A model generated the notes under the pieces. That model did no database searches and was not told the DNA's origin. It saw nothing but the letters and a program-made list of their open reading frames with translations. A stretch of 39,968 nucleotides of DNA, taken from IMG/VR virus record IMGVR_UViG_3300011437_000014, positions 1 through 39,968 of that record. One strand, 5' to 3'. The position numbers were made by a program, and so were the translations under genes. This DNA comes from a virus (taxonomy: Duplodnaviria > Caudoviricetes). Positions 8,725 to 17,429 of the stretch are shown piece by piece (within the stretch, counting starts at the first letter, position 1; every line of letters starts with the position of its first letter).

Positions 8725-8937
8725 CTAAACTCTTTCTAACGTATCTATTGCTGCTTGAATTTTAATAATCTTTTGAAGATGCTGGTCTTTTAAAGTCTGA
8801 AGTGCCCGTAATCCTTGCCCTTTATAATAATCTTCTTCTGTTTGAACTTGATTATAAGGTTTAGAAGTTTTTGCTGTTTGTTCATCACACATTTTAATTT
8901 TCCTTAAATTATCTACTAGGATTTTGGCCCTTCCCAT
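8725..8937 (-). CDS. Hypothetical protein
   Basis: 70-aa ORF on the operon strand. Confidence 0.55.
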   Translation of the reverse strand: MGRAKILVDNLRKIKMCDEQTAKTSKPYNQVQTEEDYYKGQGLRALQTLKDQHLQKIIKIQAAIDTLERV

Positions 8938-8998
8938 CTAGGAAAGTCTATCTTATTGATTATTCAATAGTATCCTAGTAGATAAACTCTAAACTACC

Positions 8999-9385
8999 CT
9001 AGGTCAAAGGAAGAAAATCTCCGGCCTTATTGGTAACACGATTGTTGAACTTATCATTAATTACCATGACCTTAACTTTTTTCCCTACACAATCATTGGG
9101 ATTAATCTGTGCGGATGTTGCCTCTCCCTTCACTAACTTTTCCCACTCAGCAGCAGGAAATCCACAAGCGATAAAGAAAGCCTTTCCCATAGAAACAGCC
9201 TTCTCACTAACCATGTAATCCTGCAAAGGATACTTTAAACCGTTATGTTCAACTTCGATACCCCACTTATGGAGCATAGAACCATCGTTAGCAGTATCGG
9301 GAGTATAGTGCATAACTTCTCCCATCTTCCAACCCGGTTCAACAACTTCCGCTCTAAGTGCATCCTTTGAGGTTACAGTAATCAT
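8999..9385 (-). CDS. DUF669-like single-stranded DNA-binding protein
   Basis: 'VVEPGW...' start and 'DCVGKKVKVMVINDKFNNRVTNK' end are typical of phage OB-fold SSBs found next to AAA_24 ATPases. Confidence 0.65.
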   Translation of the reverse strand: MITVTSKDALRAEVVEPGWKMGEVMHYTPDTANDGSMLHKWGIEVEHNGLKYPLQDYMVSEKAVSMGKAFFIACGFPAAEWEKLVKGEATSAQINPNDCVGKKVKVMVINDKFNNRVTNKAGDFLPLT

Positions 9386-9427
9386 GTTATATTCTCTTTT
9401 CTTTGTTTGTTGTGGTTGTTGTTTGTG

Positions 9428-9769
9428 TTAGTGTTTGTTAAATTTGGATTTTGTGTTTACCATTATGGGCCTGTCAGTCTCATCCTGACCTTTCTCCGCT
9501 TTAATGTCTTGTTCATTCTCAACCAAAGGATTATCCTTATGGTCTTGAAACATATGAGGAATACTATTATCTATGATAGTATCTAATAACCTCTTAGCTG
9601 CACAAGGAACACAGACAGTTCCGGTGAATTGGGTATCATCAGGACTAATAAATATTAATAACCATCTATTATCAATTTCATACTTTTTAAGCACATCATC
9701 GATAATTAAGGCTATAGCTTTAGCATCTTCAGCAGTTAAATATTTTGGTTCTTTCTTATTTTCAGTCAT
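9428..9769 (-). CDS. Hypothetical protein
   Basis: Probable start MTENKKE at 9769 (the track starts at 9784); contains CVPC. Confidence 0.6.
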   Translation of the reverse strand: MTENKKEPKYLTAEDAKAIALIIDDVLKKYEIDNRWLLIFISPDDTQFTGTVCVPCAAKRLLDTIIDNSIPHMFQDHKDNPLVENEQDIKAEKGQDETDRPIMVNTKSKFNKH

Positions 9770-9932
9770 GAGATAAATCCACATCTTTAGTTAATTTTTT
9801 ACATTCTTTACATTTAATATTTACATAATCTAATTTACCCCCTCTACCTACTGTAGATTGATAATGAATAGAAGAAGCAGCCATAATTTTATGAATTGTA
9901 AATCTTTTACATTTTTCGCAATAAATTTCCAT
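9762..9932 (-). CDS. 56-aa Zn-ribbon protein
   Basis: MEIYCEKCKRFTIH...IKCKECKK; fills the gap; AGGA RBS. Confidence 0.6.
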   Translation of the reverse strand: MEIYCEKCKRFTIHKIMAASSIHYQSTVGRGGKLDYVNIKCKECKKLTKDVDLSHD

Positions 9933-9944
9933 TAAAAAGAAATC

Positions 9945-10790
9945 CTAAAATGAAATAGTCTTCGGTCTATTAGGGTCAGCCGCGGGTGTTGCTTTTAATT
10001 CATCACTAAGCTGATTAAGAACTAATTGATAAGGGTCAGGATTATCTGTGAAATCAAAGTTCTTAATACCCCAAGATGTCTTACAATCATCTAAAGGTGA
10101 GCCTACAGTATTTACCTTATATTTAACTTGTTTATTATTTTCTCCCACACCTTCAAAAGATTTTTCAAATAACCAAATCTCATTAAAAAAGCCTGGAACT
10201 GCCGCGGGCGCTTTCTTTCCTTTTGTAAGGATAGTTCTAATAGTTTCCGTTACCTGTTGTCCCCCTTCAAAATATCTCATCTCATAAGGAGAGATATGTG
10301 CTTCTAATATACAATTAACCCCTTGTGTCTTAAGTTGTTGAAAGAAAGCAACTAAATCATTAATAATAGCAGAATCTTCAGCATTAAAATCTTGAAGTTG
10401 ATTAATAGGGATACCTCCGACCATATTAACCTTAATTCTTTTATCTGCTTTATTTTCTGCTACTTTCTGAGTGATAAGATGATTGAGAATATTATAGATA
10501 AATGAGGTTAGAGAAGCGGCTACAACAGTCTTATAGACGGGACGGGCAAGTATCTCATCCATCTTTTTGTCTATATTATAATACGATGTGCCGATAGGGT
10601 AGGAATCAAACTCTAAATCTTTTAGATTACCTTTATAATATTTAAGAACTGAGTCGAAGCGATTCTCAAAATCAAATACATAAGTAGGCCGGAGAATAGG
10701 AGAAGCGGAAAGAATAGTTTTGCCACTTCCATTAATTCCTTTCGATAAAAGAGATATAACTGGTCTAATTACTGCGTCTTCTGCTTTCAT
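9945..10790 (-). CDS. AAA_24 / Sak4-like ATPase (recombination/annealing)
   Basis: Walker A GINGSGKT, 'VFDFEN', 'ILEAH', 'VPGFFNEIW'; lies between the nuclease and SSB genes. Confidence 0.8.
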   Translation of the reverse strand: MKAEDAVIRPVISLLSKGINGSGKTILSASPILRPTYVFDFENRFDSVLKYYKGNLKDLEFDSYPIGTSYYNIDKKMDEILARPVYKTVVAASLTSFIYNILNHLITQKVAENKADKRIKVNMVGGIPINQLQDFNAEDSAIINDLVAFFQQLKTQGVNCILEAHISPYEMRYFEGGQQVTETIRTILTKGKKAPAAVPGFFNEIWLFEKSFEGVGENNKQVKYKVNTVGSPLDDCKTSWGIKNFDFTDNPDPYQLVLNQLSDELKATPAADPNRPKTISF

Positions 10791-10954
10791 TTTTTAACTT
10801 TCTCCAATTCTTTTAACCTTAATAACCAAGCTTTTGCATTAGAAAATTCCATTCTTTTACCCTTATCATACATATTTAATAATCTAGCATAATGTGATTG
10901 AAGTTTAACAGATTCTTCTAAAGCATGTTCTAATTCATCATAACCAAAAGTCAT
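10787..10954 (-). CDS. Hypothetical 55-aa protein
   Basis: MTFGYDELEHALEESVKLQSHYARLLN...; ATGA overlaps. Confidence 0.55.
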   Translation of the reverse strand: MTFGYDELEHALEESVKLQSHYARLLNMYDKGKRMEFSNAKAWLLRLKELEKVKK

Positions 10955-11118
10955 TTTCTCGGGTCCATTTCTTTAAGTTTAATTTCTCTTTTAACTAAAT
11001 TAAGTGCCTGTAATCTTTCTTGTTGTCCCTTAAGACAGGACTCACAAGTGCAAAGAGTAACTATAATATGATTTTCTTCTAAAACATCTTTAATTAATTG
11101 AAGTTCTTTTAAAATCAT
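10951..11118 (-). CDS. Hypothetical 55-aa protein
   Basis: MILKELQLIKDVLEENH...CTCESC...; ATGA overlaps at both ends. Confidence 0.5.
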   Translation of the reverse strand: MILKELQLIKDVLEENHIIVTLCTCESCLKGQQERLQALNLVKREIKLKEMDPRK

Positions 11119-11423
11119 TTACTCAACCCCTGTTCCAAACCTTTAAAGAAATCTTCTGCACTCTTGAGTTTCTCTTGTTTCTCTTCTTTACCTTTAACAC
11201 AATTAGCACAACAAGGTTCTGTCATTCTCAATGCTCGCCTATCAAGAATCATTTGTTCTTCACATCTATTACATTCCGCTATCTGTCCTCTGAGTAATGG
11301 AGCACTCAATTTAGTTTTCATAAATACATAATGAGTGCAACCAATTTTAATACACTTCATTACCCAGACAGACCTATCGCGTCCAATATCTACGCGGCGA
11401 TAGCGGTGGATGTGCTTTGACAT
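11115..11423 (-). CDS. Cys/His-rich Zn-binding protein
   Basis: Probable start MSKHIHRY; HxH...CxxxxCxH, CxxC and CxxC motifs. Confidence 0.7.
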   Translation of the reverse strand: MSKHIHRYRRVDIGRDRSVWVMKCIKIGCTHYVFMKTKLSAPLLRGQIAECNRCEEQMILDRRALRMTEPCCANCVKGKEEKQEKLKSAEDFFKGLEQGLSK

Positions 11424-11568
11424 TTTACTTACTCTTAGTATCAATTCCTACAATTACATCAAGATTATCAAGGATTTTATCTACTGCTTTACCAAGTGCC
11501 CGAATAGAAACAAAAAGAATAAATAATGTAGCCCACTGTAAAATTTCATTAAGAATGTCCATATAAAT

Positions 11569-12489
11569 TTAAAATTGAGAAGGGTCCCAATCCTTTCCTA
11601 CTGTAAAATATCTTTCTAATTTCTGTTCTCTAACTTCAGGACTAACAGAACAAATGCCGCCATTATACTTATCACTAAATTGACATGCAAAATGACCGTG
11701 AACACAACTAGTAGTATTCATAGGCCAGAATCCATCCTCATAAGAAATAAGTAACTGTTTAACCCAATAAGGTAATGTAACTGTTCTCCACTCTTCTAAT
11801 ATATGAGCATCAAATGGAAGTAACTCCATTTTAAATTTCTGCTCGGGTTTAAGACTCTTTTGAAATCCAAACCTCTGAACCCCAAAAGTATTAACTCCAC
11901 AAGCTATACAATATATCTTAAACTGATTACTCATAGATGTATAAAACCATCGTTCAGCTTCAGTCTTATTATCTACAGGTATCAATTTAAGAGTAGGAGT
12001 TCTTAATCCTAAGTCTATTCTCCCGGTTAAGATAATTCTAAGTTTAAGATTAGAGTCTTCATAAGCTATCTTCTTAAAATGCTGCTCTACAAATACCGGC
12101 TCCCAACTAGAGCTATGAATAAACTTAAAAAAGGATACTAAATTCTGAAATACATCGAGCGCGTCTTCAGCCTCTAAGTTATTAAAAGTTAATGCTGATT
12201 TTTTAGCTGCATCTACTCCAGCTATTGCTGCTATTTGATAATCTCCTGTATTAATTCTTTCTTTCCAATAGGTATGCAATCCTATATGAGCTAATTGTCC
12301 CTTTTCTATAGACTTAGAAACCCCAAAAATAGGAACAAGATGCCTATTGAAAACATAGTTATACCTTGCAGCGCATCCCATAAAAGCGGAGAGCACTTGA
12401 CTGTCAACTTGAACATTAGTCCACCTATCTTCTTTAACTACCTGTAGGTCTGGTTCAGTTGGTTTAATAATATTACTTTCTACTGACAT
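11569..12489 (-). CDS. PD-(D/E)XK Cas4/RecB-like exonuclease with putative Fe-S cysteines
   Basis: N-terminal 'FMGCAARY', 'G..AH', VEQ, GRIDL, VDNKT, QFKIY, and C-terminal C...C.F...C. Confidence 0.85.
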   Translation of the reverse strand: MSVESNIIKPTEPDLQVVKEDRWTNVQVDSQVLSAFMGCAARYNYVFNRHLVPIFGVSKSIEKGQLAHIGLHTYWKERINTGDYQIAAIAGVDAAKKSALTFNNLEAEDALDVFQNLVSFFKFIHSSSWEPVFVEQHFKKIAYEDSNLKLRIILTGRIDLGLRTPTLKLIPVDNKTEAERWFYTSMSNQFKIYCIACGVNTFGVQRFGFQKSLKPEQKFKMELLPFDAHILEEWRTVTLPYWVKQLLISYEDGFWPMNTTSCVHGHFACQFSDKYNGGICSVSPEVREQKLERYFTVGKDWDPSQF

Positions 12490-12497
12490 AATTTTAT

Positions 12498-12761
12498 CTA
12501 TTTTTTATCAATCCACTTAACATTCTTAGTAGTATTAAGCATATTAGCCACTGAGAAAATAGTAGAAGCACTAACAGTTATCTCATGTTCTTCTACTTCA
12601 TCTTCTTCATCTTTAGGTGCATCGGGATGTTTAGCAATAATAACTTCTTTCTTAAAAGTTACCTTACCATCTTCATTACAACTAATCTTAGTATCTCCAT
12701 CTTCAAGAGTAAAAGGCTTATGAACATATCTTTTCATCTTACCTGCACGATTTGGTAACAT
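12498..12761 (-). CDS. Hypothetical protein
   Basis: 87-aa ORF; may start at the internal MKRYVHK. Confidence 0.6.
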   Translation of the reverse strand: MLPNRAGKMKRYVHKPFTLEDGDTKISCNEDGKVTFKKEVIIAKHPDAPKDEEDEVEEHEITVSASTIFSVANMLNTTKNVKWIDKK

Positions 12762-12852
12762 TACCTATTCCTTCCTTCTTTATGACTCATAATATAGATA
12801 TCATGACGATAAAATTTATACCATCTATATAAATATCTAAAGAATTTTCTAA

Positions 12853-13104
12853 TCACTTCTCATCCCTCATCTTAATCATCCTCAAACAATCAAAAAGAAC
12901 TTCAGCTTGAGCACTAAGAGCTTTCAATAACTTAATATAAAGTTCAGGAGAAATAGTAGGATACATAGCTCTTATAGTATAAGCTAATTGATTAACTAAT
13001 TCTTTTTCAGACTCGTTAATACCGTAAAGTTCCCATAATTCCTTCTGTCTTTCTATCATCATTTTAATATCTTCAGATTTTAAATTTTTAAATTCTGAAA
13101 GCAT
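12853..13104 (-). CDS. Hypothetical protein
   Basis: GAGG RBS; abuts the upstream gene. Confidence 0.65.
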   Translation of the reverse strand: MLSEFKNLKSEDIKMMIERQKELWELYGINESEKELVNQLAYTIRAMYPTISPELYIKLLKALSAQAEVLFDCLRMIKMRDEK

Positions 13105-13578
13105 TTAGTCCTCTCTTACTATCGGTTCAATAATAGTAATATCTTTCTTCTTCTTCCAAGAATATCTAATGGTCTGCCATGTTCCGCTTCTAATGGAATG
13201 TTTAAACTCTTTAGGAGTTGCTATCATCCAAGCTACATAATCAACTAAATCTTTATTACGCTCAAGATATGGCTTACGTGGCATCCATCTTACTTGTATT
13301 GCTTCATCCTTATAAGTAATGGTATACCACTGACCGTTATCGTTATTATAAATTCTTCCTTCATTAAAAACCCAACCCCTTTTCTTAGCATCTGTAAGAG
13401 GGAATAAAGTAAATACCCTAATACCAAAATCAAAGGCTATATCAACAGACTCTTTATCAGAACCTATACAATCTCCCGTGCAGAACTCAGTTCCTTTCTT
13501 TAACTCAATAACCTTTAATAGCATATCCTTTTGATATTGAGTCATTCCTTTTTGAGTTCCGGTAAATCCTATTATCAT
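13105..13578 (-). CDS. SLOG-superfamily (YspA/DprA-like) nucleotide-binding protein
   Basis: MIIGFTGTQKGMT, GDCIGSD, YLERNKDLVD and RSGTWQTIRY motifs. Confidence 0.75.
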   Translation of the reverse strand: MIIGFTGTQKGMTQYQKDMLLKVIELKKGTEFCTGDCIGSDKESVDIAFDFGIRVFTLFPLTDAKKRGWVFNEGRIYNNDNGQWYTITYKDEAIQVRWMPRKPYLERNKDLVDYVAWMIATPKEFKHSIRSGTWQTIRYSWKKKKDITIIEPIVRED

Positions 13579-14045
13579 TTCTTTTCTATCTTCTCTAAAG
13601 AATCTGCAAATTCTTCTACAGTTAGAGCAGACCCAATTAAAGCTGTTCTAGCATCCATATTACCTAATTTTTCTTGATAAGATGCTAAACTTCTTTGTTG
13701 ACTAGCCCAATTTCTCATGTTCTTAATAAGTGTTTTAATAGTCATCTAATCATCCTCAAATTCCCAACCACATTCTTTACACTGCTTAACTTTCCCTTTA
13801 CTAATCAGTGCGTTCTTAGCTTTACAATTAGGACAAGTTCCTTCTGTCATATTTTATCTTTCTTTAAAAGATTAAAGCAAAGAATAACAATTATTATGGC
13901 TAAAGTAGTCATAACCAATCACTCAACGCAAGATAGTTAATATAATAACTAAGAGTCATTCCCTTAGTTTTAGCTTTTGTCCTAAGAATCTCTAATTGAA
14001 ACTTATAAGCTCCATAACTACCATGAGAACGGCGCGTTCCATTCT
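13575..14045 (-). other. String of translationally coupled micro-ORFs (<60 aa), including a CxxC..CxxC peptide
   Basis: Examples: MTEGTCPNCKAKNALISKGKVKQCKECGWEFEDD and MTIKTLIKNMRNWASQQRSL...; exact boundaries are uncertain. Confidence 0.4.
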
Positions 14046-14311
14046 TACTTTTCTTTAATCTCTTTAATGTCTTCTTTGCTGATGTCGTGGAACTTGATTT
14101 CTTCGACATATCTATCTAACCTCTTATTAAAATCAATAACTGTCTGGTCAAATTCATGACTAACATAACCGGCTCTTTTTAAGAAATAATCATTAAGAGC
14201 TATTGCTTCTTCTTGAGTTAGAACTAAAAATTTTTCATGTTTATCAAATTCTTGTCTAGGACAAACAATAACTCCTTCTTTTTCATCTAATGCAACTAAG
14301 ATAGTATTCAT
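14045..14311 (-). CDS. Hypothetical protein
   Basis: TAATG-coupled 88-aa ORF. Confidence 0.65.
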   Translation of the reverse strand: MNTILVALDEKEGVIVCPRQEFDKHEKFLVLTQEEAIALNDYFLKRAGYVSHEFDQTVIDFNKRLDRYVEEIKFHDISKEDIKEIKEK

Positions 14312-14553
14312 TAAGTTTCTTCTTTCTTCTTAGCAACCCCATTTAATCTTTCAATAGCCTGTTCCAGCGCGTTATAATCTCCAACTAATTGATTATTAAT
14401 CTTTCTAATATTACTATTACTATGAGAGTATCTTAAATCGGTAGCAATCATATGACGTATCTTACCTAATAGCATCATATGAGTATGAATAACATCGACA
14501 GGGATAAAATAAATCTGCTCTCCATTTAGTTCTGAAGGTCTAACTTTGCTCAT
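14311..14553 (-). CDS. Hypothetical protein
   Basis: Coupled 80-aa ORF. Confidence 0.65.
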   Translation of the reverse strand: MSKVRPSELNGEQIYFIPVDVIHTHMMLLGKIRHMIATDLRYSHSNSNIRKINNQLVGDYNALEQAIERLNGVAKKKEET

Positions 14554-14729
14554 ATCTTTATCTCATCAATAGGTCCACTAATTTCTAAATCTCCATAAAC
14601 TTCAGATAATATTTTAACTTCATCATCTTCTTCTTCAAACATTTCTCTAGCTTCATCTATAGTATCAGCTATTACTTCAACTACTTCTGTAATAGTTTGC
14701 TTTCTAGTAGCTCTAAATAATCTTTTCAT
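14550..14729 (-). CDS. Acidic 59-aa hypothetical protein
   Basis: MKRLFRATRKQTITEVVEVIADTIDEAREMFEEEDDE...; ATGA overlaps at both ends. Confidence 0.6.
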   Translation of the reverse strand: MKRLFRATRKQTITEVVEVIADTIDEAREMFEEEDDEVKILSEVYGDLEISGPIDEIKI

Positions 14730-14920
14730 ATATCAAATCCCTGCTCTCGTTTAGTTGCACAAGAGTTACAGTATCCATAATCAGGTCGGAGTTTAACTTT
14801 CCTTCCACATTCTTCACATTTCTTCCAAACTGATTCTTTCTGAACGCGGTGATAAAACTCTACATCTTCTTCTGATTCTGTTTTATAATGACCAAAGTTA
14901 TCATCGTAATAAGATGGCAT
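14726..14920 (-). CDS. Small Zn-finger protein
   Basis: CEECGR...YCNSCA; GGAGG RBS. Confidence 0.7.
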   Translation of the reverse strand: MPSYYDDNFGHYKTESEEDVEFYHRVQKESVWKKCEECGRKVKLRPDYGYCNSCATKREQGFDI

Positions 14921-14922
14921 AA

Positions 14923-16995
14923 TTATTTCCTCCCAAACCTCTTCTTAATAATCATCTCAGAGAGTTCTCTAATAATATCATTCTCTTCCCACTTAATATT
15001 CTCTTCTCCTACATTCATACTTTTTCTGAAGAAAGTCCTCTTTCTTTCAACAATCTCAGTGAGCATGGAATCAACAGTCTGGTCAGCGATGAGATATGGG
15101 ACTCTAATTGATACTTTCTTAGGATTTTTATCCTCATTGAAAAGGAAATCCTGAAGGTATGTCGGATAATCTTGATGAGTAAGCGGTCTTGAAAATCTAA
15201 GTTCTGCTTGTTCTTCATTTGCAGGATTCCATTGTCTTTCTAACATCATTGCGTTCTGACAGAACTGAATATTTAGTCCCTCTCCTGATGCTAGAGTAGA
15301 GGCTATTAAGATTCTGCATTGGGGGTCATTTTTAAACTTCTCAATAACTCTATTTCTCTCTTCTGGTCCTCTACCCCCAAATAATCGGAGAGTAGTTTTA
15401 TAACCTCTCTCTTTTAGAAGTTTATCTAATCCTTCAAAAGTTTTAGCCACATCACCATTCTGAAGCATATCTCCCACATCAATATGATGATGAAAGATAG
15501 TTAATTTCTCTGCTTCATCGGGAGAATTTTCTAACCACTCTAATGCATCTTCTATTGCTATAGGAGTCTTAGCAATACCTGTAATATGCTTAAGGACCAT
15601 TATCTGTGCTGCAATATTCTTCGGGTCTTCACCATCTATCATTGCAGCTTTGATAATATGAGCTACTCTTTCTTCCGCTTGGTCATAAGCTTTAGCATGT
15701 AGAGCTTCCATATCTACATATCTAATCTCTCGTCTAATTTTAGGAAGGTCCGGGAGAACTACATCTCTCATCCTTCTAATAACTAAGTCTTTTGTATACT
15801 CTCTGAAGACGGGTATATTTCTAATTCCGCCTTGTTTAATTTTTCCGGTTCTATTGTCAAGGTATGTTTCCACCCAACGATTTTTAAAGTTCTCATAACT
15901 CGGAAACCTAACCGGGTCCAACATATTAAGAACCGGAAAGTATTCAGAACCTCTATTCTTCCATGGCGTTCCGCTAAGCGGGATAAAATATTCTGCTTTT
16001 GATACCAGTTTTCTAAGTTCCGCGGTTCTAGTAGAATCTGGATTTTTAAAGTGTTGTATTTCATCAGCTACTACCGTCTTATACCCAATAGAATCTAACT
16101 TCTCACTACTCATATTTCTGAGAAGGTCCATTGAGATAATATAGAGTTTAATTCCGGGAAGAATTCTTGAGCGCGGATTCTCAATAATCTGTCCCATGAA
16201 ACCAAATCCACACCATTCAAGAGCTTCTTTAAGAGCTTGAAGTTTAAGAGTAGTTTTGCATACCCAAAGAACAGGAGTAGTTACTTCTTTATGAGCAAAA
16301 CAAAATAGTAAAGCTTGAAGAGTCTTTCCTAGTCCCGGCTCATCAGCTATTAATGCTCTACCTCCTGAAGTCTCAAGAAATCTAATACCCTCTATTTGAT
16401 AAGGATAAGGTCTCTTTCCTGATTCTGTTACATAATTATCTAAGTCAAATCCAGAAGATTTAATAGATTCTGCTTTAACTAAATGTCCACATTTTAATTT
16501 AGTCCAACGGACCCCGGACATTATGATAGAAGATTGTTCCTCTGCCTGTTTACTACAAGTCGGGCAAAGTTTATTTACCCTATGAAACTGTCTCTTAGGT
16601 TTAGTCTCTGATGGTTGAATAGCTCTACCATTATCAAGATTAATATATGCTCCACAAGGTTTAGGGTCAGAAAGTCCTATCTCAATACATTTACTCTTCC
16701 ATACTTCATTATGCCCATGAGAGTGACCAACTAGAGCGTGTCCTACCTCATGTAAGATAGTATCTCTTAAGTCTGCTTCCGAGCGCGTATTGAGATGAAT
16801 TAAACTTAATTCTATTCTCTTTGAGTCATGCCAGCACCTTCCAATATATTTCTCTGATTTAGAAAATATTGTGCGCCATCCTTGTTCCCAAAGACTTTTA
16901 AATGATGTTGCATCAGTCCTTGCATCGAAGATTAATGTTCCTAATTTCTTTAATTGTTCATCGCACATTTCTTGTGCGTCATATTGTCTAACCAT
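14923..16995 (-). CDS. SprT-like metalloprotease / Zn ribbon / SNF2 (HARP/SMARCAL1-like) helicase fusion
   Basis: N-terminus GRC...IELS...DTILHEVGHAL...HGHNEVWK. Helicase motifs PYQIEG, DEPGLGKT, DEIQH, LSGTP, GEGLNI, WNP..EEQA..R. Likely start MVRQYD at 16995 (the track starts at 17031). Confidence 0.9.
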   Translation of the reverse strand: MVRQYDAQEMCDEQLKKLGTLIFDARTDATSFKSLWEQGWRTIFSKSEKYIGRCWHDSKRIELSLIHLNTRSEADLRDTILHEVGHALVGHSHGHNEVWKSKCIEIGLSDPKPCGAYINLDNGRAIQPSETKPKRQFHRVNKLCPTCSKQAEEQSSIIMSGVRWTKLKCGHLVKAESIKSSGFDLDNYVTESGKRPYPYQIEGIRFLETSGGRALIADEPGLGKTLQALLFCFAHKEVTTPVLWVCKTTLKLQALKEALEWCGFGFMGQIIENPRSRILPGIKLYIISMDLLRNMSSEKLDSIGYKTVVADEIQHFKNPDSTRTAELRKLVSKAEYFIPLSGTPWKNRGSEYFPVLNMLDPVRFPSYENFKNRWVETYLDNRTGKIKQGGIRNIPVFREYTKDLVIRRMRDVVLPDLPKIRREIRYVDMEALHAKAYDQAEERVAHIIKAAMIDGEDPKNIAAQIMVLKHITGIAKTPIAIEDALEWLENSPDEAEKLTIFHHHIDVGDMLQNGDVAKTFEGLDKLLKERGYKTTLRLFGGRGPEERNRVIEKFKNDPQCRILIASTLASGEGLNIQFCQNAMMLERQWNPANEEQAELRFSRPLTHQDYPTYLQDFLFNEDKNPKKVSIRVPYLIADQTVDSMLTEIVERKRTFFRKSMNVGEENIKWEENDIIRELSEMIIKKRFGRK

Positions 16996-17227
16996 TATGT
17001 TGTCCTGAAACAATAATCCACTTAGCTCCACATCCTACAGCTAAGCAATGATAATGAATATGTCTTCTATACTCTAAGGAATAAATACAATCATCATTTG
17101 CTGGATTATGAGGATTACAATATACCACTTGAATTGGTCTTCTGTTACAATTCCAGCATGAATGTCTAAAGTTACTAAGATTGATTGTTTGCTTTTTGTG
17201 ATTCTGTAAATAATTTTGCATAACCAT
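16988..17227 (-). CDS. Cys/His-rich Zn-binding hypothetical protein
   Basis: CWNC...HIHYHCLAVGCG.KW; start uncertain. Confidence 0.5.
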   Translation of the reverse strand: MVMQNYLQNHKKQTINLSNFRHSCWNCNRRPIQVVYCNPHNPANDDCIYSLEYRRHIHYHCLAVGCGAKWIIVSGQHNG

Positions 17228-17429
17228 TACTAAGCATCTTAAGATTATCTTCTAAAATGTTAATCTTCTGATTAAGCGTCTCAATCATTGAGAGAAGATT
17301 AGTAATTCTTTCACTTTGGGTTATATTCATTTCCCCTTGAACAGTTAATACCTCTCTAATTAGCTTATTCGATTCTGCCATTGTCTCTACTATTAATAGG
17401 ACATCTTCAATAGGAACAGATAAGCTCAT
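17175..17429 (-). CDS. Coiled-coil hypothetical protein
   Basis: Heptad pattern; GAGG RBS; ATGA overlap. Confidence 0.65.
   Translation of the reverse strand: MSLSVPIEDVLLIVETMAESNKLIREVLTVQGEMNITQSERITNLLSMIETLNQKINILEDNLKMLSNGYAKLFTESQKANNQS

Noticed and set aside
5394-16064. Alternative-frame and antisense ORFs in the left arm (e.g. 5394+, 5962-, 6319-, 6501+, 6557+, 7090-, 9030+, 9573+, 10048+, 13695+, 14888+, 15015-, 15783-)
   Set aside because: They overlap well-supported genes and lack an RBS or motifs; treated as shadow ORFs.
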